Shown: positions 35,990-43,577 of the stretch, one piece after another
Layout: every line of letters starts with the position of its first letter
Position numbering within the stretch: the first letter of the stretch is position 1
Assembly: GCA_016183435.1 (NCBI GenBank)
Contig: JACPEQ010000018.1
Coordinates: 1-47,132 of the forward strand
Length of the DNA stretch: 47,132 nt
Reading direction: 5' to 3'
DNA from: Chloroflexota bacterium
Lineage (GTDB): Bacteria; Chloroflexota; Limnocylindria; P2-11E
Notes under the pieces: generated by a model
The model's input: the letters and a program-made list of their open reading frames with translations, nothing else
What the model was told of the DNA's origin: nothing
Database searches by the model: none
Translations under genes and position numbers: made by a program

Positions 35990-36009
35990 CAGCGCGAGGG
36001 AGGACGTCC

Positions 36010-36960
36010 ATCGTCGGTCTGGCAGACGTCCGGCGCGCGCGCGAGGTCATCGCCTCCCACATCTACCGGACACCCCTCCTGTCCGCTCGTCACCTGGGCG
36101 AGCGCATCGGCGCGACGGCGTTCCTGAAGGCCGAGAACCTCCAGCGGACCGGGTCGTTCAAGCCGCGCGGAGCGACCTATGCCGTCGCCACGATGTCGGA
36201 AGCGGATCGGAAAGGCGGGATCGTGACGATGAGCGCGGGCAACGCCGCCCAGGCCATCGCCTACGCCGGCCGGTCGGTAGGAGCTCGCGTCACCGTGGTC
36301 ATGCCCAAGACCGCCCCCCGGACCAAGGTGGAGGCCACACGGTCGCACGGCGCCGAGGTCCGCTTCGCTGAGGACATGACAGGGCTCCTCCCGATCGTCC
36401 GATCCCTGGAGGCCGAGGGCATGCGGTTCCTCCACCCCTTCGATTACGACGCGATGATCGCCGGGCACGGGACGGCGGCCCTCGAGATCCTCGACGACCT
36501 CCCCGAGACCGACGTCATCGTCGTGGGCGTGGGCGGCGGCGGCCTCATCGCGGGGCTCGCCGTCGCCGCGACGGCGGTCCGGCCGGGCGTGCGGATCATC
36601 GGGGTCGAGCCGGAAGGCGCCGCGGCGATGCGGGCGGCGCTGGATGCCGGCCGTCCGGTCCATCTGGAGCGCCTGGCGACCGTCGCCGACGCGCTGGCGG
36701 CCCCGTTCGCCGGCGACCGGCCGTTCGAGATCGTCCGGCGGCTCGTGGAGGACGTGGTGACGGCGACGGACGAGGAGATCCTCGAGGGAGTGCGCTTCCT
36801 GGCGTCGCGCGCCCGCCTCGTGGCGGAACCTGGCGGCGCCGCGGCTGTGGGCGCCCTGCTCGCCGGGAGGGTCCGCGTGCGTCCGGGCGAGCGCGTCGTC
36901 GCGGTCGTCAGCGGCGGGAACGTCGACATGGCCAGGCTCGCGCAGTTCCTGGCTCCATGA
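36010..36960 (+). CDS. threonine ammonia-lyase / serine-threonine dehydratase (PLP-dependent, no ACT domain)
   Basis: TPLLSARHLGERIGATAFLKAENLQRTGSFKPRGA (PLP Lys), GNAAQAIAYA. The start is uncertain: no ATG/GTG/TTG lies between the tRNA and the conserved region. ATC 36010 or CTG 36019 sit after a GGGAGGA Shine-Dalgarno sequence. Confidence 0.85.
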   Translation: MVGLADVRRAREVIASHIYRTPLLSARHLGERIGATAFLKAENLQRTGSFKPRGATYAVATMSEADRKGGIVTMSAGNAAQAIAYAGRSVGARVTVVMPKTAPRTKVEATRSHGAEVRFAEDMTGLLPIVRSLEAEGMRFLHPFDYDAMIAGHGTAALEILDDLPETDVIVVGVGGGGLIAGLAVAATAVRPGVRIIGVEPEGAAAMRAALDAGRPVHLERLATVADALAAPFAGDRPFEIVRRLVEDVVTATDEEILEGVRFLASRARLVAEPGGAAAVGALLAGRVRVRPGERVVAVVSGGNVDMARLAQFLAP

Positions 36961-37367
36961 CCAGGGCGACCCTGTTCGCGGACGGCGCCGCGCGGGGCAA
37001 CCCGGGGCCCGCGGGCTCGGGCGCGCTGCTGCTCGACGAGCGCGGCAATGCTCTCGCCGAGCTCACGCTCTCGCTCGGGCGCGCCACGAACAACGTCGCC
37101 GAGTACCGCGCGCTCATCCTCGGGCTGGAGGAGGCGCGTCGCCGGGGCATCGACGCGATCGACGTGCGCCTGGACTCGCTCCTGGTCGTGCGCCAGATGC
37201 AGGGCCGCTGGAAGATCAAGCACCCCGGCCTGCGGCCCCTCGCGCTCCGTGCGGGCGCGCTGCTCGCCGAGTTCCGCGACCGGACGATCGAGCACATCCC
37301 GCGAGAGGAGAACTCCCGGGCGGATCAGCTGGCGAACAAGGCGATAGAGGAGGCCGCGCGCCCGTGA
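36957..37367 (+). CDS. rnhA: ribonuclease H (RNase HI family)
   Basis: LFADGAARGNPGPAGSG, NNVAEYRALILGLEEA, REENSRADQLAN (DEDD residues). ATGA overlap with the upstream gene. Confidence 0.85.
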   Translation: MTRATLFADGAARGNPGPAGSGALLLDERGNALAELTLSLGRATNNVAEYRALILGLEEARRRGIDAIDVRLDSLLVVRQMQGRWKIKHPGLRPLALRAGALLAEFRDRTIEHIPREENSRADQLANKAIEEAARP

Positions 37368-37401
37368 GCCGAGCGGACCGCGCCATCGACGAAGCCATCC
37401 C

Positions 37402-38196
37402 GTGACCGCTACAGATCCTCTGGCGGCGATGATCTCGCGCGCTCTGGGCGCTGAGGTCACCGAGGCACGCAGCGAGCTCCTGGGTACAGGCGACGGGGTC
37501 GAGCTCGAACGCGTGCGCTTCGTCGCCGGTGGCGCCGAGCGTACGCTCGTGTTCGAGCGTCTGGCGCCGCGCAACGCCCTCGAGGCGCAGCTCGTCCCGT
37601 TCCTCGCGCGGAAGACGGACCGGGTCCCCGTCGTGCACGCCCGCGGCATCCCGCGCTCCGCCGCGCCGGCGCCCTCGTGGCTGCTCGTCGAGGACCTCAC
37701 GGACGCGCCGAGCGCGTGCGACGTCGATCCGCTGCGGGTGCTCGAGGCGAAGCTGGCGGTCGAGGCGGCGGTCGCGGGCGACGTGCCCGCGCTACGCGCG
37801 CTCGGCGTCCCCGAGCGCCCGCCGGGCGCCATCGCGGAGGACGTCGCGGCGGCGGTCGCGCAGGAGCCCGAGGGAGAGGCGATGGCTGCTGAGGCGCGCG
37901 AGTCGGCGCGCCGGCTGCGCTCCTGGCCGACCGCGCTCGTGCACGGAGATCTCCGGTGCGCGAACGCGGCGATGACCGAGCGAGGCGCCGTCCTGCGGCG
38001 ATGGGGGAGGGCGTACATCGGCTGCGCGCTGCTCGACGTCGTTCGGCTGGTCGCCGACATCGTCGAGCGGGGCGACGCCGTCCTCGGGATCGGGCTGTCG
38101 CGGACGTACGCGGAGCGCCTGGACGTCGTCCTGCCGACCGAGGTCCTGCGCGGCGCCGAGAAGCTCGATCGGCTCGCTCGCCGCCATCTCAGATGA
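37402..38196 (+). CDS. phosphotransferase (APH/kinase-like fold) family protein
   Basis: Catalytic-loop-like LVHGDLRCANA, followed by a downstream LLD. GTG start. Confidence 0.6.
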   Translation: MTATDPLAAMISRALGAEVTEARSELLGTGDGVELERVRFVAGGAERTLVFERLAPRNALEAQLVPFLARKTDRVPVVHARGIPRSAAPAPSWLLVEDLTDAPSACDVDPLRVLEAKLAVEAAVAGDVPALRALGVPERPPGAIAEDVAAAVAQEPEGEAMAAEARESARRLRSWPTALVHGDLRCANAAMTERGAVLRRWGRAYIGCALLDVVRLVADIVERGDAVLGIGLSRTYAERLDVVLPTEVLRGAEKLDRLARRHLR

Positions 38197-38203
38197 GGTC
38201 CTC

Positions 38204-38288
38204 TCCGACCCCCGCTCGGGGGGACCCCTTGCTCGGGCCCGGGTGCTCGACCTCGTCGCTGTGCGCCTCGGTCTGCGCGCCCCGGGGT
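38204..38288 (-). repeat. repeat family 1, copy E (short form)
   Basis: The reverse complement reads taccccggggcgcgcagaccgaggcgcacagcgacgaggtcgagcacccgggcccgagcaaggggtccccccgagcgggggtcgga. Confidence 0.9.
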
Positions 38289-38308
38289 ACGCGGTAGAAT
38301 CGACGTTG

Positions 38309-38611
38309 CCGAGCAGGTCGGATGGTCGCGGCGTCGAAAGGCGTCGAGGAAAGTCGGGGCTCCAGAGGGCACGCTAGCGGGTAACACCCGTCCGCCGTGA
38401 GGCGAGGACGAGCGCCACAGTGACGAACCCGCCGAAAGGCGGGGTGAAACGCGGCAAGCTCTAGCGGAGAGCAAGACCGAATAGGGGGACCATGGCGTGG
38501 CCCGCGCCGTCCCCGGGTCGGTCGCAGGAGACGGAGGGCGACCTCCGTCCGAGATGGATGACCATCGCCCCGCGAGGGGCACAGAACCCCGCTTAGATGA
38601 CCTGCTCGGCA
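38309..38611 (+). ncRNA. rnpB: RNase P RNA, bacterial type A (compact, about 300 nt)
   Basis: P1 CCGAGCAGGTC/GACCTGCTCGG. P3 hairpin with a GAAA loop. Conserved GAGGAAAGTCGGGGCTCC (P4 5' strand) pairing with ACAGAACCCCGCTTA. AGCAAGACCGAATAGGGG and GGGTAACACCC elements. Confidence 0.92.
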
Positions 38612-38719
38612 CCCTGATCGCGACGGGACCCAGGAGATCGGCGCCGACGCGCACCTGCCCGCCGAACGGCTCGGATCGATCCGGCCCCGGCTTCTCCGCG
38701 CAGCACTGAGAGACGGCCG

Positions 38720-38762
38720 GACCCTCGTCGCTGCGGCGCCTCGCTCTGCGCGCCCGGGGAAC
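38720..38762 (-). repeat. repeat family 1, copy F (head-only fragment)
   Basis: The reverse complement ccgttccccgggcgcgcagagcgaggcgccgcagcgacgagggtcc matches only the 5' half of the element. Confidence 0.7.
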
Positions 38763-38792
38763 GGACCTGGCCTGAACAACGAGGAGGATCTG

Positions 38793-39386
38793 ATGCGATC
38801 CATCGCCATCGTCCTTGGCGCTGCCGTCCTGCTCAGTGCGTGCGGCGGCGCGGCGCAACCGAGCCCGGCGCCCGCAACGGCCGCTCCCACGGCCGCGCCC
38901 GCGACCGCGCAGCCGACGGTCGCCGCTACGACAGCCGCACCGACCGCGGCGACCTCGCTCAAGTTCACCGCGGACCTGAAGACGGAGAACGAGGTGCCGC
39001 CGATCGCGAACGACGAGAAGAGCGCGAGCGGCAAGGCCACGTTCACGCTCGACCTGACGCGCGATGCGGCCGGCAAGATCACGGCCGCGAAAGCGTCGAT
39101 CGACGCGACGTTCAGCGGTCTCCCTGCGACCGCGTTGATCCACATCGGTCACCTCCACGGTCCGGCGGCCGCGGGCGTGAACGCCGGCGTGAAGATCCCG
39201 TTCAAGACCGACGCCGACGTCCCGCTCGTGCTCACGACCGGAGCGACGACGTTCAAGAAGGCCGACATCACGGTCGAGGCCGCCCTGGCTCAGGAGATCA
39301 TCGACAAGCCCGGCGACTACTACGTGAACTTCCACTCGAGGCTCAACGCCGGCGGTGTCGTGCGCGGGCAGCTCGTCAAGGGCTAG
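38793..39386 (+). CDS. CHRD domain-containing lipoprotein
   Basis: Lipobox LLSAC, Ala/Pro/Thr linker, then CHRD-like NEVPP...GKATFTLD...HIGHLHGPAAAGVNAGV...PGDYYVNFHS...GGVVRGQL. Confidence 0.75.
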   Translation: MRSIAIVLGAAVLLSACGGAAQPSPAPATAAPTAAPATAQPTVAATTAAPTAATSLKFTADLKTENEVPPIANDEKSASGKATFTLDLTRDAAGKITAAKASIDATFSGLPATALIHIGHLHGPAAAGVNAGVKIPFKTDADVPLVLTTGATTFKKADITVEAALAQEIIDKPGDYYVNFHSRLNAGGVVRGQLVKG

Positions 39387-39409
39387 CCATCTCTCGCGCC
39401 ACCTGTGCT

Positions 39410-39445
39410 GAGGGCCCCGGTCGCACATGACCGGGGCCCTCTTTC
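39410..39445 (+). terminator. rho-independent terminator after the CHRD gene
   Basis: Perfect 13-bp stem gagggccccggtc / gaccggggccctc, 6-nt loop, then tttc. Confidence 0.8.
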
Positions 39446-39525
39446 GGTCGTCGGCACGAGCGCGGACGCACGTTCTGCTGCGATGGCTGCGCCGACGGCG
39501 GTCCGTGCCTGTGTCGATCGGTGCA

Positions 39526-39554
39526 TTGACGTCAGCGTGCCTAGTGCGTAACCT
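39526..39554 (+). promoter_or_regulatory. candidate sigma-70-type promoter
   Basis: TTGACG (39526-39531), 17-nt spacer, TAACCT (39549-39554), in a 350-nt intergenic region of lower GC. Confidence 0.45.
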
Positions 39555-39713
39555 TCAGCCGCCTTGATCCGCGATCGGAGCGGATCAGGAGTCTTCAAAA
39601 GGCAGTGCGGCAGTGCTCGTGAACATGCTCTCAGGCGTCCCGCGGACCTTCCGCGGCGTCAGCCTGCCCACTTCCGGAATGACCTAACTCCCAGCATCGC
39701 GAGGACCTCCGGA

Positions 39714-39752
39714 CCGTGGGCAGTCGGAATGGCCCACGGTCTATTTGTTTCG
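39714..39752 (+). terminator. terminator/attenuator-like hairpin in the leader of the ABC transporter operon
   Basis: 8-bp stem ccgtgggc / gcccacgg with a 10-nt loop, followed by tctatttgtttcg. Lies 43 nt upstream of ATG 39795. Confidence 0.45.
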
Positions 39753-39794
39753 TGGATCACCACGACGTGGGCCTGTCCAGCGACCAGAAGGGAC

Positions 39795-40646
39795 ATGGCC
39801 ATGATCGCGATAGAGGAAGCCGGAGCCGAGCGGCGTACCGCGCCCGGCACTGCTGTCGGCCGGATCGCCTTGTCGGCGCGCGGCGTCCGCAAATCGTTCT
39901 CCGGCCGGGCGGGCAAGTCGGTCCACGCCGTCGACGACGTGTCCCTCGAAGTGCGTCGCGGCGAGATCTACGGCCTGCTCGGGGCGAACGGGAGCGGCAA
40001 GTCGACGCTCATCCGCGTGTTCTCGACGCTGCTCGAAGCCGACGCGGGGGACGTCCGCGTGTTCGGCCTCGACGTCCGCGCCGACGAGCGTGCCGTGCAG
40101 CGGCTGATCAACCGCGTCTCGGTGGAGGCGTCGTTCTTCAAGAAGCTCTCCGCGATGGAGAACCTCGTGTACGCCGGCCGCCTGTACGGCGTGGCGGCGG
40201 CCGAGGTCCGCGACCGCGCTCGCGGGATCCTGAAGCGGCTGGGCGTCGCGGAGGATCGCCTCCACGAGCCGCTCGAGAAGCTATCCCGGGGCATGCAGCA
40301 GAAGGTGGCCATCGCGCGCGCGTTCCTGACCTCACCAATGCTGCTGCTGCTCGACGAGCCGACGACCGGTCTCGACATCCGGAGCAAGCGCGAGGTGCAG
40401 ACGTTCGTGCGTGACCTGCGCGAGCAGCACGACGCCACGATCGTCCTGACCACGCACGACCTGGACGAGGCCGAGCGGCTGTCCGATCGCATCGGGGTCA
40501 TCCACTCGGGACGGCTGGTCGCCGAGGGCAGCGCCGAGGAGCTGAAGGAGCGGCACGGCGCCCGCGACCTCGAGGAGGCCTTCATGAGCCTCACGGGTCG
40601 CCGGCTCGAGGAGGCCGACAAGGGCGACGACGAGGCGAGGCCGTGA
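39795..40646 (+). CDS. ABC transporter ATP-binding protein
   Basis: Walker A GANGSGKST, signature LSRGMQQK, Walker B LLLLDEPTTGLD. ATG 39795. The upstream part of the track ORF is leader. Confidence 0.9.
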   Translation: MAMIAIEEAGAERRTAPGTAVGRIALSARGVRKSFSGRAGKSVHAVDDVSLEVRRGEIYGLLGANGSGKSTLIRVFSTLLEADAGDVRVFGLDVRADERAVQRLINRVSVEASFFKKLSAMENLVYAGRLYGVAAAEVRDRARGILKRLGVAEDRLHEPLEKLSRGMQQKVAIARAFLTSPMLLLLDEPTTGLDIRSKREVQTFVRDLREQHDATIVLTTHDLDEAERLSDRIGVIHSGRLVAEGSAEELKERHGARDLEEAFMSLTGRRLEEADKGDDEARP

Positions 40647-41476
40647 TCGAGCTCAGGGCTCAGGGCGGCCTCGCCTACGCCTTCGTCGAGCGCCAGGTCG
40701 CGCTCATGCGGCGCTACTGGCTGTGGGAGCTGGTGTGGGTCATCTACTCGATCACCACGTCGCTCTCGGTGGCGTACATCGGCCTGGCGCAGCCGATCAT
40801 CACCGGCACCGAGACGGACGCGGCCACAACGTCGCGGTTCGTCCTCTACCTGCTCGTCGGCACGATCGCCTGGCGGTTCCTCGGGATCGTGTTCGAGGAC
40901 ATCGCCGAGCTCATCGCCTGGGAGCGCTGGGAGGGGACGATCGAGCACACGTTCATGGCGCCGGTCCCGCGCATCACGCAGCTCCTGGGCATGGCCGTGG
41001 GCACGATCGTCCGCGCCTCCGTCATCAGCGTCGCCGTGCTCTTCGCGGTCATGCTCTTCATCCCCGTCGATCTGTCGAAGGCCAACGCCGTGTCCGCGTT
41101 CGCGCTCCTCGGCGTGGGGACGCTCGCGTTCATCGGCCTGGGGATCGCGTCCGCGTGCTTCCCGCTCATGTGGACCGAGAAGGGCCTGCAGATGGCGTAC
41201 ATCGTCCAGGCCGTCGTGCTGCTCGTCTCCGGCGTGTACTACCCGACGACGGTGCTGCCCGGCGCGCTACAGGCGATCTCCGTGATCTCGCCGGCGACGT
41301 ACGTCATCGAGGGGATGCGCCGTGCCCTGATCGACGGCGCCGACATCGGCTCGCTGTGGCCGCTCGCCTGGCCGGCGCTCCTCATCGGGCTCGTTTCCAT
41401 CCCGCTCGGGCTGCGCCTGTTCCTCGCCGCCGAGCATCACGCGAAGCGGACCGGCCGCCTGAAGCGCAGCGGCTGA
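40643..41476 (+). CDS. ABC-2 type transporter permease
   Basis: Six hydrophobic segments. GTGA overlap with the ATPase gene. Confidence 0.8.
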   Translation: MIELRAQGGLAYAFVERQVALMRRYWLWELVWVIYSITTSLSVAYIGLAQPIITGTETDAATTSRFVLYLLVGTIAWRFLGIVFEDIAELIAWERWEGTIEHTFMAPVPRITQLLGMAVGTIVRASVISVAVLFAVMLFIPVDLSKANAVSAFALLGVGTLAFIGLGIASACFPLMWTEKGLQMAYIVQAVVLLVSGVYYPTTVLPGALQAISVISPATYVIEGMRRALIDGADIGSLWPLAWPALLIGLVSIPLGLRLFLAAEHHAKRTGRLKRSG

Positions 41477-41489
41477 GCTTAAGGACGTA

Positions 41490-41598
41490 TCCCGGGCGCG
41501 CAGACCGAGGCGCGAAGCGACGAGGTCGAGCGCGCTTCGCGCACAGGGGCTCCCATCCCTGGAGCCCGAGCGAGGGGTTCCCCCGAGCGAGGGTCGGG
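41490..41598 (+). repeat. repeat family 1, copy G (long form)
   Basis: tcccgggcgcgcagaccgaggcgcgaagcgacgaggtcgagcgcgcttcgcgcacaggggctccc...cccgagcgaggggttcccccgagcgagggtcggg. Contains a 10-bp inverted repeat GCGCGAAGCG/CGCTTCGCGC. Confidence 0.9.
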
Positions 41599-41621
41599 AT
41601 CAGGACGGTAGGCTCTCGCTC

Positions 41622-43577
41622 ATGCCCACACAGCCCAAGGCGCTCGAGGCGCTCACGTTCGACGAACGGCGGTTCGCGCCACCCGAGGCGTTCCGTGCGC
41701 AGGCGAACTGGCGGGACGCGAGCGTGTACGCCGACGCGGACCGCGACCTCGAGGGCTTCTGGGCGAAGCACGCCGAGGACTTCCTGTGGTCGAAGCGGTG
41801 GGACACCGTGCTCGACTGGCAGGTCCCGTACGCGAAGTGGTTCGCCGGCGGGAAGCTGAACATCTCCGAGAACTGCCTCGATCGCCACGTGCGCGCGGGG
41901 CTCGGCGCGAAGGTGGCGTACCACTGGGAGGGCGAGCCCGGCGACACGCGCAGCGTCACGTACGCCGAGCTGCTGGATGAGACGCAGCGCTGCGCGAACG
42001 CCCTGCGCGAGCTCGGCGTGCACACGGGCGACCGCGTCGCCATCTACATGCCGATGATCCCCGAGCTCCCGGTCGCGATGCTGGCCTGCGCGCGCATCGG
42101 CGCGCCGTTCACCGTGGTCTTCGGCGGCTTCTCGGCGGAGGCGCTCGCCGGCCGCATCAACGACTCCGGGGCCACGGTCGTGATCACAGCCGACGGCGGA
42201 TATCGCAAGGGCGGCGTGGTGCAGCTCAAGCGCAACACCGACGACGCGCTCGCCCAGACCTCAACGGTCCAGAAGGTCCTGGTGTACCGGCGGACCGCCC
42301 AGGAGGTGCCCTGGACCGACGGTCGCGATGTGTGGTGGCACGACATCGTCCCGCGCCAGGAGGCGCACTGCCCGCCGGAGCAGCTCGACAGCGAGCACAT
42401 GCTCTACCTGCTCTACACGTCGGGCACCACCGCGAAGCCCAAGGGCATCGTCCACACCACCGCGGGCTACCTGGTGGGCACCGCCACCACCCACAAGTAC
42501 ATCTTCGACATCAAGCCGGACGACGTGTACTGGTGCGCCGCTGACATCGGCTGGGTCACCGGGCACAGCTACATCGTCTTCGGCCCACTGGCCAACGCGA
42601 CCACCGGCGTGATGTACGAGGGTGTGCCCGACTTCCCGGACAAGGACCGCTGGTGGCGGGTCATCGAGAAGTACAAGGTCACCATCCTCTACTGCGCGCC
42701 GACGGCGATCCGCACCTTCATGAAGTGGGGAAGCCAGTATCCGGAGCGCTGCGACCTGCGCTCGCTGCGCCTGCTGGGGTCGGTCGGTGAGCCCATCAAC
42801 CCCGAGGCCTGGATCTGGTACCGCGAGACGATCGGCGGGTCGCGCTGCCCCATCGTGGACACATGGTGGATGACGGAGACCGGCATGATCCTGATCACGC
42901 CGCTCCCCGGCATCACGGTGACCAAGCCGGGCAGCGCGACGTTCCCGTTCCCCGGCGTGCGCGCGGACGTGGTCGACGACGAGGGCAAGAGCGTCCCGCG
43001 CGGCGGCGCGGGCTACCTGGTCATCACGACGCCGTGGCCGGCGATGCTCCGCGGCATCTACAAGGACGACCGCCGGTACCGGGACACGTACTGGAGCCGC
43101 TTCCCCGGCCGCTTCTTCGCCGGCGACGGCGCCAAGCGCGACGAGCAGGGCTACTTCTGGCTGATGGGCCGGGTCGACGACGTCATGAAGATCAGCGGGC
43201 ACCGGATCTCGACCACGGAGGTCGAGTCGAGCCTCGTCTCACACCCCAAGGTCGCCGAGGCCGCCGTGATCGGCCGCGAGGATCCCATCACTGGTCAGGC
43301 GATCTTCGCCTTCGTGACGCTGCGCGGCGGGACCGACGGGAGCGACGGCCTGTCCCGCGAGCTGCGCGAGCACGTCGTGGCGAAGATCGGCTCGATCGCG
43401 CGGCCGAAGACGATCATGTTCACGCCCGAGCTTCCGAAGACCCGCTCGGGGAAGATCATGCGCCGGCTCCTGCGCGACATCGCGAACGGGCAGCCCCTCG
43501 GCGATACGACCACGCTCGCCGACGCGACGGTGGTGGAGCAGATCCGCACGGCCGGCGCGAGCGCCACGGAGGACTGA
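41622..43577 (+). CDS. acs: acetyl-CoA synthetase
   Basis: 651 aa. YTSGTTAKPKG AMP-binding motif, WWMTETG, SGKIMRR. Typical Acs N-terminus. Confidence 0.93.
   Translation: MPTQPKALEALTFDERRFAPPEAFRAQANWRDASVYADADRDLEGFWAKHAEDFLWSKRWDTVLDWQVPYAKWFAGGKLNISENCLDRHVRAGLGAKVAYHWEGEPGDTRSVTYAELLDETQRCANALRELGVHTGDRVAIYMPMIPELPVAMLACARIGAPFTVVFGGFSAEALAGRINDSGATVVITADGGYRKGGVVQLKRNTDDALAQTSTVQKVLVYRRTAQEVPWTDGRDVWWHDIVPRQEAHCPPEQLDSEHMLYLLYTSGTTAKPKGIVHTTAGYLVGTATTHKYIFDIKPDDVYWCAADIGWVTGHSYIVFGPLANATTGVMYEGVPDFPDKDRWWRVIEKYKVTILYCAPTAIRTFMKWGSQYPERCDLRSLRLLGSVGEPINPEAWIWYRETIGGSRCPIVDTWWMTETGMILITPLPGITVTKPGSATFPFPGVRADVVDDEGKSVPRGGAGYLVITTPWPAMLRGIYKDDRRYRDTYWSRFPGRFFAGDGAKRDEQGYFWLMGRVDDVMKISGHRISTTEVESSLVSHPKVAEAAVIGREDPITGQAIFAFVTLRGGTDGSDGLSRELREHVVAKIGSIARPKTIMFTPELPKTRSGKIMRRLLRDIANGQPLGDTTTLADATVVEQIRTAGASATED

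Noticed and set aside
35932-36009. GTG start at 35932 for the threonine dehydratase ORF
   Set aside because: It lies inside the tRNA-Met gene (D-loop onwards). The translated segment AERQTHNLLVPGSIPGRP is just the tRNA read as protein.
38189-39145. ORFs 38189..39145 (-), 38497..38709 (+) and 37956..38297 (+) across the rnpB region
   Set aside because: They overlap the RNase P RNA, repeat copies E/F, or the antisense of the CHRD gene. The RNA gene assignment is far better supported.
39383-39598. 71-aa minus-strand ORF in the CHRD-ABC intergenic region
   Set aside because: It spans the CHRD terminator hairpin and the candidate promoter, and has poor coding bias and no Shine-Dalgarno sequence. 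The region is better explained as regulatory or leader sequence.
43575-43577. TGA between acs and the peptidase as a selenocysteine codon
   Set aside because: I see no obvious SECIS-like hairpin immediately downstream, and the position is the normal C-terminus of Acs, not a redox-active site. I kept only the read-through/non-canonical start question as a finding.
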